Shown here piece by piece: positions 60,570-64,000 of a stretch of 64,000 nt of DNA (positions are counted from its first letter, which is position 1; each line of letters starts with the position of its first letter). The notes beneath the pieces were generated by a model, which saw only the letters and a list, made by a program, of their open reading frames with translations, searched no databases and was not told the DNA's origin. The translations under genes and the position numbers were made by a program. Source of the stretch: Entomortierella parvispora E1425 (taxonomy: Eukaryota > Fungi > Mortierellomycota); assembly GCA_020891255.1 (NCBI GenBank), contig BQFW01000009.1, forward strand, positions 1,674,001-1,738,000, written 5' to 3'.

Positions 60570-63479
60570 TTAGCACATGGCGCGACCAGAATCAGTCCAT
60601 CCGTTCCGTGCAGAGACGGCTGGCAAATGTTGAAGCTGATGTGTCTTGGTGGTCGACGACAAGGGATGGTGGTAGTGCTGCTGGTTCTGGTGGTGGTGCA
60701 TCAGATAGTGCGCGTTGTGTCCTTGACTCGAGGGTGGAGGCATGGACTGGTGGCGACCATAGGCAATGGACGAGTTCACTCGGGTCAGACGCGCCTTGTT
60801 GGAAACGTGATAGGACTCTGGTGGAGAGTAACTGCTGCTGCTGGAGGAACTGGAGGCAGAGGTCGCAAGCGTCATTTCCTCGTCCTGGTTGTTTTCAGGC
60901 GAAGGGTAATGGTTCTGAGGCACGCGCTGTGAGCTCTTATAGACAGGCATGACCTCGCCTTCCTCCAAGCAGGGCTGGTTAGGGAGCGAAGGCCGCCTCC
61001 GGAAGGTCTCCTGAGGTGTCGCCGCGGTGGCAGTGGCGGCCTTGACGGCGATGGTGGCGGCGACTGAAGTGGGCGAAGGGCGATGGTGCGCCAAACTTTG
61101 ACGGCTGGTGGACAGACGTTTGCTGGGGATCGTGCTGGTGCTGATACTGGTGGTCGATGTAGAGGTCGCCAAAGTCGACACATGCCGGCTGACACGCTCC
61201 GATGGGGATAAAGTGAGGGACTGTTGTTGTTGGATCATAAACTCGTGCAAGCTTGCAGCCAGATCGGCCTCTGTGATACGAAGGTCAAAGTCCTATATGA
61301 TGCAAACAAAAAACAAGTGTTGATGATAATGAGTCTCCATGAGCAAACTTGAATGAATGTCTTATTTTAAAATATGAAGCAAAGAGAGGTAGAAGATCCC
61401 CCAACTTACGAGGAGCGAAAGCAGCTGCTTCTCCATGAGGTTGACTTCGCCAACCGAGAACACGGTGGAGTGAGCAGACCAGTGCTTGTTCTTGGGTGAT
61501 TGATCGTTCAAATACTTGGCTGCGAGGATCAGACTGGCGAGGAAGACGCGATGACATGTGCAGTGCATGCCTAAAGAAGAAGAAGAGAAAAAGAATAATC
61601 AAACCACAACGGTAAGTAAAAGAGCCGGGTCGGGATAGTTGAAAGTTAATGGGACCGAACCATCCACGCGTTGGGTTGGGGGAGATGAGAGCTGTGCACC
61701 GGGAATGAACAAAGGAGTCATGATTTTTTCTTTCTTCTTTGTTGTGGTTGTCATTGTTGTTTTGTCTGTGCAGGAAGTGGAAAAACGTGGAAGACGGGAC
61801 AGCGCCCATTTTGGGAGGGCAATTGGGCGAAATGGGACCAACTGAACCCCATGGTTACGGGAAGGTCATTGAGTGGGCAAGAACGTAAAAAATGAGAACA
61901 ATGTGTCGTATTTTTTTTTTTGTTTGCATGTGAGCCTACTGGCAGGGAGGGAATGATGACATGGGTGCGCAGAAGGGAGCAGCTGCTGCACCAACAACAG
62001 CCAGCCAAACAAACAATTGCCCAGAGCAACCCTCCCCAACTTTGGGCACCGGCCCGTCTCTGTCGTGGCTCGGTCCAACAAGAAATCCCCCCTGGGACAG
62101 AAAAAAGAAAGTGATCGGAATCTCAAAAGGATCTTTGGGTTCGTGGCACCTTGAAAAAAAAAAGGAAAAGGGCAGTAGGCGCGCGCGCGCAGCCCATAGT
62201 GGACGACTTGGACTGGACTTTTTTTTTCTCTTCCCAGAACCCAAACAAGGAAAGTGAGGACAGGGGGTTTGGAAGGAAGGAAACAAGGGGCACAGTCAAA
62301 GGGGTGGGGGGAGAGATAGGACGACAAGGAGCTGGTTACAACGCACACAAAGACTTTGCTGCAATATGACCATTTTGATCATTAGAGTGCAGAACACAAG
62401 GAAAGGGCCATGGGGGATAGGGAATAAAGAAAGCCGAGAAAAAGGAGCATGAGCATGGGCACGGATCATTTCCATGGGGCTTTGTGCCTGTGCACTTTTG
62501 TGTTCTCTTTTTTTTTTGTCCTTGGCCATTGGTATGGTCTTCCCAAAAGAAAAAGAAAAAACTCAGAACATGCGAGAGCAAAGGAAAGCGACTGGATGGT
62601 GATGTGCCTTTTGCTCTTTGTACGCATGTGGTCTGCAGAAAATCCAAGACGAAAAAAATGTGGATCGCGATTGTTCTGTTGGGGAGAGCAGGGAGTAGGA
62701 TGGCGGAGATGTAGTGATGTGGATTAAGGCAGAAAGGTTTTCCTTTTTGTTACCTTTTGCAGCAACTGGCAGCTTGCTCTTTAGACGCGCCAAGTAGACC
62801 AAAGTGGGCAACAATGTCGAGGCCTGCACGTTCGAGTTCAAGACCAATATCCGGATAAAGTCGTTCAAAGGAGGTACGACAATGGCAGTTGGTTCAGAAC
62901 TGCTACTTGAGCAGTGGAGGCTGCTGTTGTCATTGGTGTCAGGGGAGTTGTTGTTGCTGTTGGAGATGCTGCGGGTGGCCGGTGTGGAAGGTGGCGAGGG
63001 GAAGGTGTGGCTGCTAGGGGAGGTAGGGGAAACTGGTACTGCTGGGATGGAGGATGGGGGCGGACTGCACTCAATCACGGTCGCTGCGTACGAGGCAATG
63101 TGATCTATTGGGAAGGGCGTAGATGGGATGGTGGCAAAATCAAAGAAATAGCAAAAAGGCGGTGTTAGCATGGGATTCTTTGCTTTCCTTGGGTATTGCG
63201 GCCAACAAGGCAGGCAATTGAGGCACAGCCTTTGGCAGTATCCTCCCTCGCCAACCGCAACAGCCATTGATCCGGATGGCCCATTACAGCCGGGCTTTTT
63301 GGGACTGGCTGCAGCGTTTTTGAGAACAAGAATGTTGCGTAGGGTATTGACGTGTGAAGGTAGAGTGCCAGCGAAAGAGGGAGTGATGACCTACCGATCA
63401 TTTGTTGGGTGACAGGGCCACGAAAAAGCTTCTCCAGCGAGCGACTGGAGTAAGACTTTTGGTCTGCTAGGGATGGCAT
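60570..63479 (-). CDS. PCL1: Pho85-type G1 cyclin (Pcl1/Pcl2 family)
   Basis: PPLNDFIRILVLNSNVQASTLLPTLVYLARLKSKLP; GMHCTCHRVFLASLILAAKYLNDQSPKNKHWS; FSVGEVNLMEKQLLSLL|DFDL. Introns 63394-63105, 62753-61571 and one near 61408-61295. Confidence 0.88.
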
Positions 63480-63797
63480 TGTGGGTATGTATGAGTGTGT
63501 TTCTGTTGGGAGACGAGGAGCGGAGTGTCGCGAGTGTTCTGAAGGCGCGAGGTGGGAGGGAAGGAGCAGAGAGAGAGGAGGAAGTGTGTTTGTGCTCGTG
63601 GACAAGTAGAAGAAGAGTGGGGGAAGGGTGGGGGAAAGAGAGGGGCACAGTGGAGGAGGAGATACGTCGAAGGTGTTGAGAAGTATCGAACGAGCGAGAA
63701 GAGCAAAGGAAAGAAGGACGAGGTGAAGGAGAATAAAAAACGGAAAGTGGACGGTGCGAGAGGACCAGAGGGTCGGCCCCTTTTATACTCGATTCTC

Positions 63798-63890
63798 GAT
63801 TGAATTGGGCCTATTGTAAACGCTCTGTGCGGCGAGACTCTTCCGCGTCTCCCTATTCTGTCAATTCAATCAGAGGATCGCAATTCAATC
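63798..63890. promoter_or_regulatory. Three copies of CAATTCAATC upstream of the cyclin gene
   Basis: Copies at 63798-63807 (reverse), 63862-63871 and 63881-63890. A further copy is at 41946-41955 before MRP10. Confidence 0.35.
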
Positions 63891-64000
63891 GCGGGGCGCC
63901 TATTGAATAGACGACTCTTCATCAGCAACGTACTCTCAAACAGCAAACAAAGAACCGGCAAGAAAACTCTTTGGAAAAGGGGCATGTACGAGCACGACGA

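Overview
Eukaryotic, intron-containing fungal DNA, most consistent with Mortierellaceae (Mucoromycota/Mortierellomycota), judged from GT-AG introns with CTAAC-type branch points and pyrimidine tracts, a CotH gene, and lineage-typical F-box/LRR, DUF3712 and RTA1 proteins. About 21 intact or partial genes are supported: CotH (5' part), ERO1, an intronless F-box gene, a coiled-coil protein, two intact tandem F-box/LRR paralogs, a small secreted 10-Cys peptide, two tandem GT23/FUT8-like fucosyltransferases, RTA1, a WSC sensor, a KHDC4-like KH protein, a large DUF3712 protein, ATP7, MRP10, FBA1, a double Auto_anti-p27 zinc-ribbon protein, a GNAT acetyltransferase, FAT1, an ABHD12-like hydrolase, a GATA zinc-finger protein and a PCL-type cyclin. 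There are also two decayed F-box pseudogenes. The most unusual signal is architectural. At three independent sites an F-box gene or relic sits between two degenerate direct copies (about 150-270 bp) of the 3' end of the neighbouring gene (ERO1, the coiled-coil gene, MRP10). No rRNA, tRNA, CRISPR array or transposase was recognised. All assignments are by eye, and exon boundaries are manual and approximate unless stated.
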